DNA of 62,979 nucleotides, counting the filler, from Choristocarpus tenellus KU-1152 (Eukaryota; Protista; Phaeophyceae): NCBI GenBank assembly GCA_964200185.2. It is 8 parts of 8 records of this genome, joined end to end, with 100 filler letters (N's around TTAATTAATTAA, not from the genome) between each part and the next. Parts side by side here need not be neighbours in the genome. Positions count along the whole stretch, not along the records: positions 9,935 to 29,261 come from CAXNAD020000471.1; 7 more parts are not named here. One strand, 5' to 3'. Made by a program: the position numbers and the translations under genes. Positions within the stretch are counted from its first letter, which is position 1; every line of letters starts with the position of its first letter. The notes under the pieces were generated by a model, which ran no database searches, had not been told where the DNA came from, and saw nothing but the letters and a program-made list of their open reading frames with translations. Shown piece after piece: positions 12,930 through 25,455 of this stretch.

Positions 12930-15900
12930 TTACTTACTCTTCTTGAGAGCCTTGAGAAGGTCTGGGTTCACTGTCTCGGCCTCAAGGACACGTCCCCCGG
13001 AAGGACCACTGTATGCTGGTGCAGATGGTGCTTCTGCCTTGGATGCCGCCTTGGGAGCTGGTGCAGGGGCAGGGGCTGGGGCTGGAGCAGGTGCTGGGGC
13101 TGGGGCTGGAGCAGGAGCTGGGGCAGGAGCGGGAGCTGGGGCAGGAGCGGGAGCTGGGGCAGGAGCGGGAGCTGGGGCAGGAGCGGGAGCTGGGGCAGGA
13201 GCGGGAGCTGGGGCAGGAGCGGGAGCTGGGGCAGGAGCGGGAGCAGGGGCAGGAGCCTTCGCAGGTGCAACCTTGACAGTAGGGTTATCAACTGGAGGAG
13301 GGGTAACGAACAAAGGCTGGAAAAGCAATCCAGCCAGGCATACTGCCCCCACTGCCCCCACAATCTTGAAGATGCCAACCTCCTTTTCAGAGAGACCCGA
13401 CTGAGAGTAGGGCGGCAAGCAGCAAGGAAAGAAGAGGTAAATACAACACAACACAACACAGCTCAAACAAGGTCACCCATTACAAACGAAAAACAGCACA
13501 GGTATGGCAAGGTTTCTACAAGTAATCGTGCTTCAACAGATACAACAAGAGACCAACCAACTGCAACGGCACTAAGTTGAACAGAACACCAGCTATGCAA
13601 CAGCACCACCGATCAAACAAAATATGTTAACCTTTGTAAGAACCTGTTCCTTCCACACTTCACACTTGTGAGGGCATAGCACAGCAATAAGATTCTGACA
13701 AACATAACAGGGAAGGTTTGTGTAAAGTGCTCTCTCAACCTTCCAGTTCCATGTATTTTAGCAGACTTGCCTGTCCATACTTGGGTGATCATTGTTCTTC
13801 CTTCCAAGGACTTCTTACCAGACATGTCCTTGAACTACTCCCACAATGTTCCACCCACCACTCTCTGCCTTGACACCCACAAGCTGGTATTATCTTTATA
13901 GTTTTCTTGGTAAATCACATTAACACAGACACCTCTTGCTGCGCTTGAGAAAAACGTTCATTGAGTGAAAAACGAAACTGTCTCATTCAACAAAATATCG
14001 AAACCCAAGAAAATTACAAATCCAAATACTGCTGCAACTAAACTGATACAAACCTTCATCCTTTCGATGCACCACTTCTAAAAACAAAAGGAATTAGCTC
14101 CATTCTCCTACTTACAACCTTCTGTTTGTGACACACACAAGATGGCATCTCAACTAACAAAAAACTATTTCAAACAAGACAGCGGCCGGGAGTAACTCAT
14201 GATGCTTACCCTAACCCTAACCTAAAGCATAGGACGTCAAACAATAGTACATTGTGTCAACCAAGAACAAAACAATGACAGACAGACAAGAGCATCTAAC
14301 TACACACGATGGAAGGATTTTTTCTCTTCACAATAAAAAAATGATTGTAAGCACAGCAGAGGTAAATACCCTTAGGCTCTTCTCGGCGGAAGAAATATCG
14401 TTACCTATTTTCACCATTTGAAAAACCCCAAAGGCAAGCTCCACATCATGTTGCTGTATCCAGATGCTTTTTTACAAATTGATCACATTTCTGATACTTT
14501 GGGGTAACTACTGACAACCTCGAAAAATTCCCCTTTGTCCACCAGGACGAAACGTAAGGGGCTCACCGTCTGGGCATAGATGGCGTTCTTCTTAGCAATT
14601 TCGGCGGCCTCTTCCTCAGCTTTCTTCTTTGCTGCAGCTTCCTGAGCAGCAGCACTCTGCATTGTGCGGAAGGGGGGGTTGGGAGTGGGGGTAGGAGAGG
14701 GGTGTATTAAAAATGGGCAACGGAAATTGCACAACCAGACTACATTATGACTACCAAGCAATACACTAAACAGCAGAAAAGAGAATGACGGAAGGATACA
14801 CATGGGAAGACAACTTGCAACCAAGGAAGGCTCACTCTTGGTATCCATGACCACACTACAAAATATCTGTAGACAGTAGTAGGCAGGTCTTAGAGAAGTC
14901 AGTTCTGTGCTTATGGGTAGACTATATTTCCTGCATAGCTTTCCACTAGGACCAACCGGGCATTATCCTTTATGGGGTTTCTGAAAGCCAGGACCACTCC
15001 AGAGTTAGATTAACATACCAATAACTTCATTCAACCTCTCAAACAGTGGTGAGATACATCATCGCCCGAACTTGTCTGCAACCCCTCCAAAACAGCAAAA
15101 GCTTAAAAGTACAGCGAATATCTTTAGCAACCATGCATGATAGTCTTACCACCATGATCAAACAAATAGAATATACGTAACCAGCTCATTAATGCTCTGC
15201 CCTATAGAGGGATGTGGAAGGGAACAAAAGTGTGTTCTGGAGAAGGGAAGTCTAATATATTAATCAAACCGAATAAGCGTTGGAGCTGTGGGTAATACCC
15301 TGCCATCGAAGATAAGAACTAGTTGTGGACTTCACATATTTCATCACATCCGATCTGCATCCTTTCATAAGTTTCTTCAGTCAAGAGCAAAACTAAAAAG
15401 TCTATGCTTATTTAAGGCCACTGCTGAACAATGACCGACCTTGGCTAGCAGAGGACGAAGGGCGGCCAGAGCAGCCACAGGGGCCGCCACCCATGGCAAA
15501 ATACCAAGCGATATCCCCTCAATTTGTTCTTGTGTAGATAGACCAGCGGTAGTCTTGGGTGCAATGGCCTTGGGCACGGGGATCGGTGCCGGTGCCGGTG
15601 CCGGTGCTACAGCTGAGTCAATAGTATGGAATAGAATAGAAGGCTAGGTGTGTAACACAGGAAGTGGGAGTTGAAGCCATTATAGTTGCAGTGTTGGCAC
15701 CCTGTTTCTTGCAGACGTTTTGAAAAAAACAAGATGGCTATTACAATGAAAGTTATCTGGCAAAACGCAACTGATTACTCAAGCAACGGACTCGCATGCA
15801 TCACAGCAATTATCAATGCACAAACAGCTAGTCATCCTGGAAGAGTGAGGACAGGTTTGAGCTCACTTGACGCCCCCGTTTTGGCGGACTTGACAGGACG

Positions 15901-16185
15901 GGATGGGGCTGGGGCTGGGGCGACTGCCTTGGCATTCGACGGTGACGGGCTGCTTTTCTTAGCAGCGGAAGCACGAGCTTCGATCTGTCTCTCCAAGTCC
16001 TCGAGCGAAGCGCGGATAGTGTAGGCTCGGGACGCATGTGTGGCGAATGTCTGACGTGATACTCTTTGCCCGCCAAATACTGACGACCTTGTGGCACCCC
16101 CCGGAGCGTTGACGGGTATGTGGAAAGCCTGAGTCGGAAGGAGGAGTCCTAGCATCAGGACAGCGTTCATCACGTGGACACCCAT
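12930..16185 (-). CDS. Uncharacterised putative plastid membrane protein with Ala-Pro repeats, 4 exons, ~350 aa
   Basis: Exons 16185-15867, 15612-15440, 14656-14567, 13400-12930 (GT-AG, phases consistent, 1053 nt). Signal peptide ends ...LLLPTQA|FHIP and is followed by a Ser/Arg/Ala-rich transit-like stretch. Two hydrophobic segments (GISLGILPWVAAPVAALAAL; VGIFKIVGAVGAVCLAGLLFQPLFV) and (AP)n tracts. Confidence 0.8.
13053..13256 (-). repeat. Coding tandem repeat for (Ala-Pro)~33, including near-perfect 18-bp units GGAGCTGGGGCAGGAGCG
   Basis: Directly visible tandem array inside the last exon. Confidence 0.95.
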
Positions 16186-16965
16186 GACGCAAGGTGAGGC
16201 GATCGTATCTGGAGGGGAAGACCCGAGACATGGTGGTCAGACGATTATGAGTGGACATTGACAACGAGACTATTGTGACCCATTATTTGCCTAGCGAACG
16301 AGATCTGAGGGTTTAACAACGAATATAAGCTTGCACATCTTTCTCTGTCTTTGGAACCCTGAGCAAATAAAGTTGGGTTAAGACTAGGGTAGGACGTCCT
16401 GACACATGTTTCTCAGCAACAAACATGAGTGATGAAATCTTAGAGTTCGTCCCTTGTATCTGCTGAGACTCGCGCGATGCTGTCACCGTAGAATTATTTC
16501 AATATTTAAATAACTCAAGGAAAATATCCCCGGGTAAGTCCACCGTGTCACCCACCCACCTGCAACGACAAAGTCTACTTCGTATGCTCTTCCCTCTTCT
16601 GTATGGGCACCTCTCTTTTCCCTGAACATATTGGTTTTATTTGTTATAAAAATAATATTGTTCAAGGTGACGTTTTTTCGGTTTCATTGTTCAGTTTTGT
16701 GTTTTGTGTTTTGTGTTGTGTCAACTTCTTGACTTTTCCCCTTGTGAAGGTCAGAGAAAAGAACGCCCTATTATTTAAACCTTTTCCTCTGTAAGCAATC
16801 GCATTGCCTCTCAAACCACACTCTGGAGTAGATTCAACGGAGGAGAACCCCATGTACCAGTTGAGAGGGCAAAGACCACAAAGGATATTCGAGATTCGTT
16901 GTACCTAATCCCCTCTCACGACTTGGCGACGTATGTGACGAGCAAGCTTGCATACACCGGCAGGC

Positions 16966-19900
16966 ATGCAACGCTTTAAAGCTGAACAAATATATCGCTC
17001 CAATACGCTGGAGGGCATTCAATACGGAGCTAAATCAAACAACACCTTACTCCCTGTTGCGGGATCCAGTGTCTCAGCTTTTAGCTCGGTGGCAGCGGCG
17101 TTTGACTTTCAGCATCACGTAGGAACCGATACAGCATGTGAGCTTGCCGTGTTGAAGCGAATCCTCGCCCGAGAGTGTTCTCTCGGTCGACTGGAAGGTG
17201 TATGCAGAAGCCTACATCAATCCGAAGTGGATGAAAACGTCCGCGTCTTCGACCTTCTTGCTCGGGTTCGTGATGCGACTGTTGGGGTGGTGGAAGCGGT
17301 GAAGGCATGGAGGGGTAGTTGCTCGCATTGGATACCCCCGCCATTCATGTGGCATGGCGAAAACTACCTACTGAAAATGACCAATGACCTCAATTTTTTG
17401 GCTGGGGTGGGCCCTCTCGTGAACGCTCTCAAGGTGCAGTCAACGCAATGTTCCATTGGCTTTGACATTAGGGTTAACAAAACCTCATGATGAGTTCGTA
17501 TAGTAGAAGTCAGCACTCAAGACCAAGAGGCTAACCAAAGGCATTTATGGAAAAAACGACAGCACGTTCCTTACCTGAATGATTCGAGTGACGAAACCTT
17601 ACCTAGTCACAGCATTAGATCCTCTCCACCTCATTCCTGTGTGGTTCCCTATTCACAGATGCACCCAGCTTGCTTGCTTCGGAATCCTCTAATGCTCCCC
17701 AAGAATCTTGATCAACAGAGGGACTCAGAGTCCAATAATGAACTCCCTGACGATATGTCACAGACAAGTACAGAGAGGAGAAGGGTGCATCGGGCGGCCC
17801 AGGTACGAGAGGGCTCAAATGGTTTCCTGGTATGGCATAGGCGCAAAACTGTTCTAACGTGCCAGATATACATAGGAGTTTCTTCTTTCTGCTCTCCAGG
17901 TATTGTTGTAAGTGTGATGGAACGTTGCCACATCAAGGCACTGATGCAAATGGACACTGATTTCCTCAGCAACTCAATGTGTAGCAAGTAAACTTCAAAA
18001 TATGTGTACAAAATACCCTAACACATATCTTCTCATATTAGATGTACATATAATATGTGTATCAATAACGAAACCTATTATAATCTGTCACCCAGGTCCT
18101 TATCGATGAGGAAGACCTTGAAGTTATAAGGAAGAAACCTCGGTATGAAGTCTGCAGTACTGAAGAGCCCAGAATATCAAGAGGTCAGACCATCTGTTCA
18201 CTTATTATCTTTAAAGCCAATATTTCGTTTATTTGCTTGGTCTTGCTCCTTTAGCACACACTGAACATGTTTGATGAGGGACAAACGATTTTCAGGTCAC
18301 ATCTATGCATCAAATATTTTTTCTCCTCCTTGAAATGTGTAGTTACTGGTGGAGAATACTTTCAGGGAAGAACAAGAGAACAGTAGAACCCCATACTCAA
18401 GTCCTTCACGCAAAGGGTTGAAGTTTGCTTGCTGGGGAAGGCAACCTTTCTTTTTCATTAACATTTGCTGGTACTAACTACTACTCCATACATAGTATAT
18501 TTATACCCAGGACTTCATGGATCGTAATCTCAAACTTTTTTCCCTGGTGAAGAGCTGAAGAGGAAGACCACCCACTGTGCATGAATCTTTGTGACATGTC
18601 ACAGGCAACATGAAATGTGTCTTGGAAGTAGGACAACGACGGAGCCATTCTGAATTAGGGGTACCCCTCTCCCATACAGGTTCAATTCTTTCTTTTCCTG
18701 GAGATACATCCTCTCATTACTTTCCTGAAGCACACCATTATGACATGAGCACAGTTGTACCCAGTCAACCCTCAAATGGCACACATGGAACTAAAAATTT
18801 CATCACACGTAGGGACAGCTTGTATGAACAGGCGGATGAGGAAGAAGCTCTGAGGCGACAACAGGCACTCTCTCAATGGTGAGTAAGACTCTTGTATTGG
18901 TGTGTAGTGCAAAGCTTGCCACAGAACCACTCTAGAGACTACGTTTGCAGGAGACAACCTTCTGTGATAGGACTGGTTCAAATTAATCTGTTTGTTCCAA
19001 GCTGCCAGGAATGTTTTCTTGCTACACTACGGTGCAATGCTCGTAGTGATAAGACATATAGGAACGCCTAACCATTGCCCTACATCAGTTTTCTAAGCAG
19101 TAACAGCACGCTTTTGCTCAACTCTCCTAAAGCAGTATCTCACATATAGACCACAGACATATATCAATATATAAGAGGGATTGGCAGATGGTGTCAATTG
19201 AGTCTGACTCTTTCCTTCAGGCCTGAATCACAGTTGAACAAGGGGGTGGTCGAGTCACACAGATAATAGTACCAGTAATACCTCTAAAATCGAAAAACTA
19301 GAGATACAAAATTGCCATTTTTAGCAATAGTAGAGCCTACTTTTTCAATTGAGCCAATAGGATTGGATATTCTCTGCAATATCGTTCACGCCCTCAGCGT
19401 TTCTCCTGGCCATTTTTCCTTCTCAACACAAAAATATATCAACACCATTAAGACCCAAAGTATCTGGGGGGGGCGGGGGTCTACACCAGAGTGTCCATTT
19501 GAACAAAACTAGGAAAAGTATACTTTCATTATCCATCCAACCTATGAAACCAAATCACCAAAAAATCGCGACATGAAACAATTGACCCAAATGGACAGCC
19601 GCCACACACACCCCAGATCTTTGAGCCTGAGAATGTTAGCATCACTCTCTCTCTCTCTCTCTCTGACTTCCTGGCTTTTCCTCTGCTGCAAGTGCGACGT
19701 TCATACCCCACTTTAATACTGCAACTTGCGGTGTTGCAGCAGGACTTGGTGGTGTATGTCGCCTTGATTCATGTTGCAAAGAAGAATCTCATGTGGAGGA
19801 GATAAGATCTTAGCACTATACACCAGTGTCACAATACAGGAACAAGTATTTTGTCTGGATTCAGGAGACAGGTTATATGCTTGTCAATGCTGCTTCTTTG

Positions 19901-22900
19901 CACAGCAGATACAACAAGCCTGTGGCGTATCAAAGAAACATGTTTTTGATGCTGCACCCCATGCTTTCTCCTGGCTGTGGAGATGTAGGTATCAGATGGC
20001 ACGTGACCAGCTGCTATCACTGAGTATGAGTGCTGCAGATGAGGAGTACTTCCTCACATCACGGCGCTTCTGGACTAAGGATGAATTAGGCTCGGAAGAG
20101 TCATCATCAATGCATGGACCAAGCCAGTGGGCTCATATTGGGCGTGCATCAATCACAACCAACACAAAACCTTGTAGTAGTAACCAGCTATTACTGCCAC
20201 ACTGTCCAATGGGATTCAGTCAGTCGGAGAAGGTACTTACAAAAGATTCTGATCACACAATGTGTTTAAGATCGAGTGGAGGGAAGCGTGGAGCAGCAGT
20301 GACCAGTCCCATGCAGACGACAGGAAGTCAAGCAAACACGGGGAGGTCAATAGGATCAAGAGGCAACCCCTTTGGGAGAAATGACAACTGTTTTGTAGAT
20401 ATGTTGCAAGGGACGGAAACGAACCCCACACTAGTTTTGCCCATTCCTAGGAAACACAAAAGTAACAGTCGAGCTCTGGGTAGTGTGAAACCAACCAAAA
20501 GAGTCAGTTATAGTTCCCTGGATTTGAAGGTGCAAGACATTGAGGACATGGTCCAGATAGCGCTCCCCTCACGGACGATGAGAATAGTCTGTGCAGCTGT
20601 CGTTGTCATTCTTTCCCCAGTCATTGACTTTCCTGAAGATGTGAGCTGGCCCCAAAGTTTCTGTGATGTTGCGATGCCTGCAGAGGATTTTCTTCAAAAG
20701 CTTAAATCGGTGAACCGATTTGTGTCACAACCAAAGGCTGAGGCACTGCTCCCCATTCTCCAGCAGGACGATCTCCTCCCAGCAAGCATTGCAAAGGAAG
20801 ATCCTCGTGTGGCAAGGTCAGCATCCTGCTCTTGATGCCTTATCTTTGTATTTTGTTTATATCTACTAGCCACTTGGAAGCGTCGAATATGACTCTATGT
20901 AACTCAGTTTTGATGTCAGTTTTGATATTAGGTTTATCAGCCTTCACTCACTATGCATTTTTGAGCAGGGAGTGCACCTCAACTTGCTTTTCAGATCAGA
21001 CAAGCAACTTAATGACATTATAGTGACGCAGGGTTATCTAATTTTGATGGTTGCACTCACTGCACCATCCAACATCCTCTTGTGATGTGAGTTAATTTTG
21101 ACTTTGGTGCATAGAACCAACTGTAGAGATTTATTGTGCATAGAATGATGAGCATGCTATAAAGGAAAGCATGGACATTCTGGATGCCAAACAGCCACAA
21201 AGCATCTCTATTTCAAGACTGCATTTTTGAACCAGTACATTGTCAATGATCTGCAAACCTGTCCTTGTGTCTTCCTACCCTTAGCCTGTGCGCTTGGGTG
21301 CTTGAAGTCCTTCAGCACTGTGAGGAGTTTTTCAAATGGAGTCATAAGGCTCTGGGGGCTTGGTACAAGATTCGTCAGAGGGTAGCCTTATGCAATCGTG
21401 AGCCATGTATTAGTCCTAGCCTTATATCCAAAGGAGAGGACCCGAATCAAGGAGCAAAAATAATTTACAAGTGTCTTCATACGCTCTCAGATGGTCGCAG
21501 CTACGTGGTGTCACTATTCCAGCATAGGAACGCGGGGGAGATGCTCCTGAGAGCTTACGATCGGGCTCGTCAGGAGAAACTATGGCTTCCACTTAGCCTG
21601 CAGCAAGTAGAGATGATTGGCGGTCCTTCTGTGTCGCCTGATGTCATGGTGAAAGCTATAGTGAAGAATATGAGGCTTAAGGGCACAGCTGGAACAGACA
21701 CAAGGAGACTGGTGCTATCTGGAAAGGGGACCAAGGTTCCGTGCAATTTGGGGCCAATGAAGAAGAAAGAAGGGATACCTTATGATTGTCAATTAGCAGA
21801 ACGAACAGAGTTGGCAACTAGTGTAGATTCAGGCCAAACAGGTCAAGGCACAGTCGCTGAAGGCAAAAAATTTAGTGTCCATGCTAAGGCAAAACTCATT
21901 TCGAACAGTGCTTCAAACTTGGAGACCTCGCAAGTTGATGCAACTGCAAGTGATCGTGAGTTAATGGACCATGGATCTCGGACCGCTACAATGACATTTG
22001 AGAAAAAACGGAAGGGAGACGAAGAAGAGACAGGAGTGAAGACCAACAATGCAGACGTGACAGAGAATGTTGAAATCAAGAAACCTCAGGCAAGACTAAA
22101 GGCCTGTTACAACTGAGTCAGCAGCAATAATGTGCGGCATAATACCATCCTATGCTGAGTTGCCAATTTAGATGGTGTGAAATATAAAATTTATTGCCTC
22201 TCAAGTGTGTCTACTTTGCACAGCCTGTGGCACTTGTGGATGAGTAGTGGGTAAAAAGGCCAAGTACAGATGCATTGCATATTCGTGATGAACTGATGCC
22301 TTAGTGATTTGACTACTCCCTCCCTGCTCCAATATCTCTCTTAATAGGACAGTGAAGCACCCAATAAAGATAGTATTGACTTGGGCTGTGCTCTTTCCGC
22401 TGGATCTATCAAAGGATATGATACCTCAACCCTGGTGCTAATAAAAAGGGAGGAAAGCAGGAGAGAAGGTGATGATAGCGAGCAGCAAAGGCAATTGGAA
22501 GCTCATTGCGTGGGTCTCACGCAGCATGGAGGCCAAGTTAAGGAGGGAAGTGCAAGTAGGGGAAGTGATCTCAAAGGAACCCTACAATTTGATAGTGACA
22601 AAACAAGTAAGAAAAACAATGCCGCCGCCCCCGATGCTAGTACAAAGACAGATGGACCAGAGGATCGTATAGGAGGAGAAAATAGAACAACGGCCGAGTC
22701 TATCTCCATGTTACGTGCTCCAGACAAACCAGAACCATTCAGGGAAGACAATGACAATGGATATCAGACAATTATTGAAGAACACTGGATGAGTCATGCA
22801 AAGGGTGAAGAACAAGCTAGAGAGGAAAGTGCAGTGGACATGAGGGATGAGAAATACAATGAAGAGTACGAGAAAGACGGATTCAGCACTGACAGTGGTG

Positions 22901-25455
22901 CTGATACTGATAAACCTCAACCGATTGATGAACCTGTGGATGAAGGGGGTGAGGAGAAAGACACACCTGCTGCCTATCTCTCCAGTTCGCGTGCCTCAAT
23001 TCAAGAGATCCCTTCACATAAAGACTGTGACGGTGAGCAGGTAATGAGAGGGACAGCACATTCCACCTTTCCTGTGCAGACTGTGGAACAAGCTAAGGTG
23101 GAGAGTTCACTGGAAAAAGGTACCCTGGTAGTGGGTGTAGGGAAAGATATCCAAGAATATGATGACGACGAATTCAGTTCACGCAGTGGTGCTGACTCCC
23201 CTCATACACCTGAAGTGACTGAAGGGCCTGCAGAGGAGGGGAGACCTGTGGAAGAGAATAGGACACGAGCCACATCTATTTTGAGTACCTATTCTGATGG
23301 TTTGGAACAATCTTCTCAAACGCATGACCATGGGCAGCAGACATACATGGAAGAACAGCCTATGGTTGAAGTGGAGGGTAGGGACCAAGTCGAGGAGGAA
23401 AGTAAAGCACAGGAGAGTGAATTGCAAGGTGTCCAACACCACGAGGATGTAAGGTTCAACACAGGAAGTGGTACAGTTGGCCCTCAGTCAGCTGGGCAGA
23501 CTGGAAGGTGCATAGAGCAAGAAGGACCAAAGAAGAGGGTGTCGGCCAGATCGATCTCGAGTCTATTCACTTCTGACTCACAACCGCCCCCCCAAGAACA
23601 AAATAATGAGAAGCAGACAAACATAGTACCTGGACATTCCTTGGATGTCATGCAGGGTGTGGAACAAGCTAAGGAGGAGAGTACTGAAGAAGGTATCCAA
23701 GATTATGATGATGATGAATTCAGTGCAGGCAGTGGTGGTGATAGTCCTGACACATCTCAACTAACTGAAGGGCCTGTGAAGGAGGAGAAGCCTGTGGAAG
23801 AGAACAGGCTACTGGCCGTATCCATTTTGAGTCCACACCCTGATGACTTGGAATCTTCTCTGCCAACACACGATTATGGGCAACAGACAAGCATTGGAGC
23901 ACGCTCTATGGGCCTCGTCCACAATGTGGAACAAGCCAAAGAGGAGAATGTAGTACAGGAGAGCGCTGTGGAAGATGTTGAACATGATAGACAAAACGGA
24001 TTGAGCACTGGCGGTGACATTAATGCTTCTTACAACGTCGAACCGATCCAAGGGTCTGTGGAGCAAGGACAAGAGAAGGTGGTGCCCACCACATCTAACT
24101 CCAGTCTGTGCACTGACGACTTGCAACCGCCCCCTCAAGGACACAATGATGAGCAGCAGACAAATGCAGCATCACATTCAAAGGGGGCTGTTCAGGGTAT
24201 GGATCAAGCCATTGAGGGGAGGGCTGTGGAAGGTATCCAAGATTGTGATGGTGATGAATCTGGCACAGGTAGTGGTGCTGACACCCTGGACACCCCTGAA
24301 CTGACTGAAGAGCCCGTGGAGGAGGAGAGGCCTATGGAAGAAAAAAAAGATATATTTAGTCTACAAACTGATGACTTGGATCCGTCCACGCAAGCATATA
24401 TTGATGGGCTGCAGACAAACATGGTAATGCAACACTCCTTAGGTCTCACCCTGGTCGTGGAAAAAGCCAAGGAGGAAGGTGGAGCACAGGAGAGTTCTGT
24501 GGAAGGTGTCCAAGATTACGATGATGAAGAATTCGACACAAACGGTGGTGCTGGTACTCCCGACAGCCCTGGAGTTACTCAAGGACCTATGGAAGAGATT
24601 AGTGCACTGACAACATCCTCCTCGAGTCTGTGCAATTCTGCCTTGGGATCGTCACCTCAAGCACACAATGACAATGAGCAGAAATATATCATAGCACATT
24701 CCATAGGTGTCATTCAAGGTAAGGAACAAGCCAAGGAGGACAGTGCTGTGGAGGAAAGTGATTTAGAAAGCGAGCAAGATTACGATGATGAAGAATTCAG
24801 GACAGGCAGTGGTGCTGATGGTCCTGAATCACCTGAACTGACAGAAGCGCTCGTGAAGGAGGAGAGGCCTGTAGGAGATGATAAAGAACTTCTTATCTCT
24901 TTCTCCAGTTCATGTGTATCTGGTGACTTAGAACCGTCCCCTTGGTTAAACAATGTTGAGCAGGAGACACGTGAGGTATCACATCCCATGGGTCTCATTC
25001 AGGGTGGGGATCAAGCCCAGGGGGAGAGTATAGCGGAGGTCAACCGGGAATATGATGATGATGAATTCGGCACAGGCAGTAGTTCGGCCACCCCTGATGC
25101 ACCTGAGCTTACTGAAGGGATTGTAGAGGAAGGGAGGTTTGTGGGAGAGAATACAGCACTTTCCTCTTATTCGTGTGTCACAGATGACTTGGAACGGTTC
25201 CCTGAAGCACACAATGATGGGCAGCAGATATGCACAGTGGCACATCCAATGGTTCCCACTCGGGGTGGGGACCAAGTTAAGGAGGAAAGAGTGTTGAAAG
25301 GAAGTAGTGTAGGAGGTATTCAAGGTTGTAATGATGACGAATTCAGCAGAGGCAGTGGTATTGGCAGCTTTGATTCAGCTGAGCCAGCAGAACGGCCTGT
25401 GGTGCAAGAAATAGGAGAGAAGAGGGCGTCAGCTATGTCTGCCTCGAGCTCATGA
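16966..25455 (+). CDS. Large multi-exon protein (~1904 aa to first stop): unnamed N-terminal domain, dynein MT-binding-like domain, acidic ~90-aa repeats
   Basis: Exons 16966-17433, 17659-17802, 18096-18183, 18605-18878, 19989-20816, 21285-22089 (probable GC donor), 22348-25455; total 5715 nt in frame. The start codon is tentative. Confidence 0.7.
19452..19627 (+). mobile_element. MITE family A, complete copy (intronic)
   Basis: TIRs GACCCAAAGTATCTGGGG / CCCCAGATCTTTGAGCC; flanks TAA/TGA. Confidence 0.85.

Noticed and set aside
12924-13580. Plus-strand ORFs with GRSGSW, poly-GA or LGQERE repeats (silk-like)
   Set aside because: Shadow frames of the (Ala-Pro)n exon; splice sites and upstream exons support the minus strand
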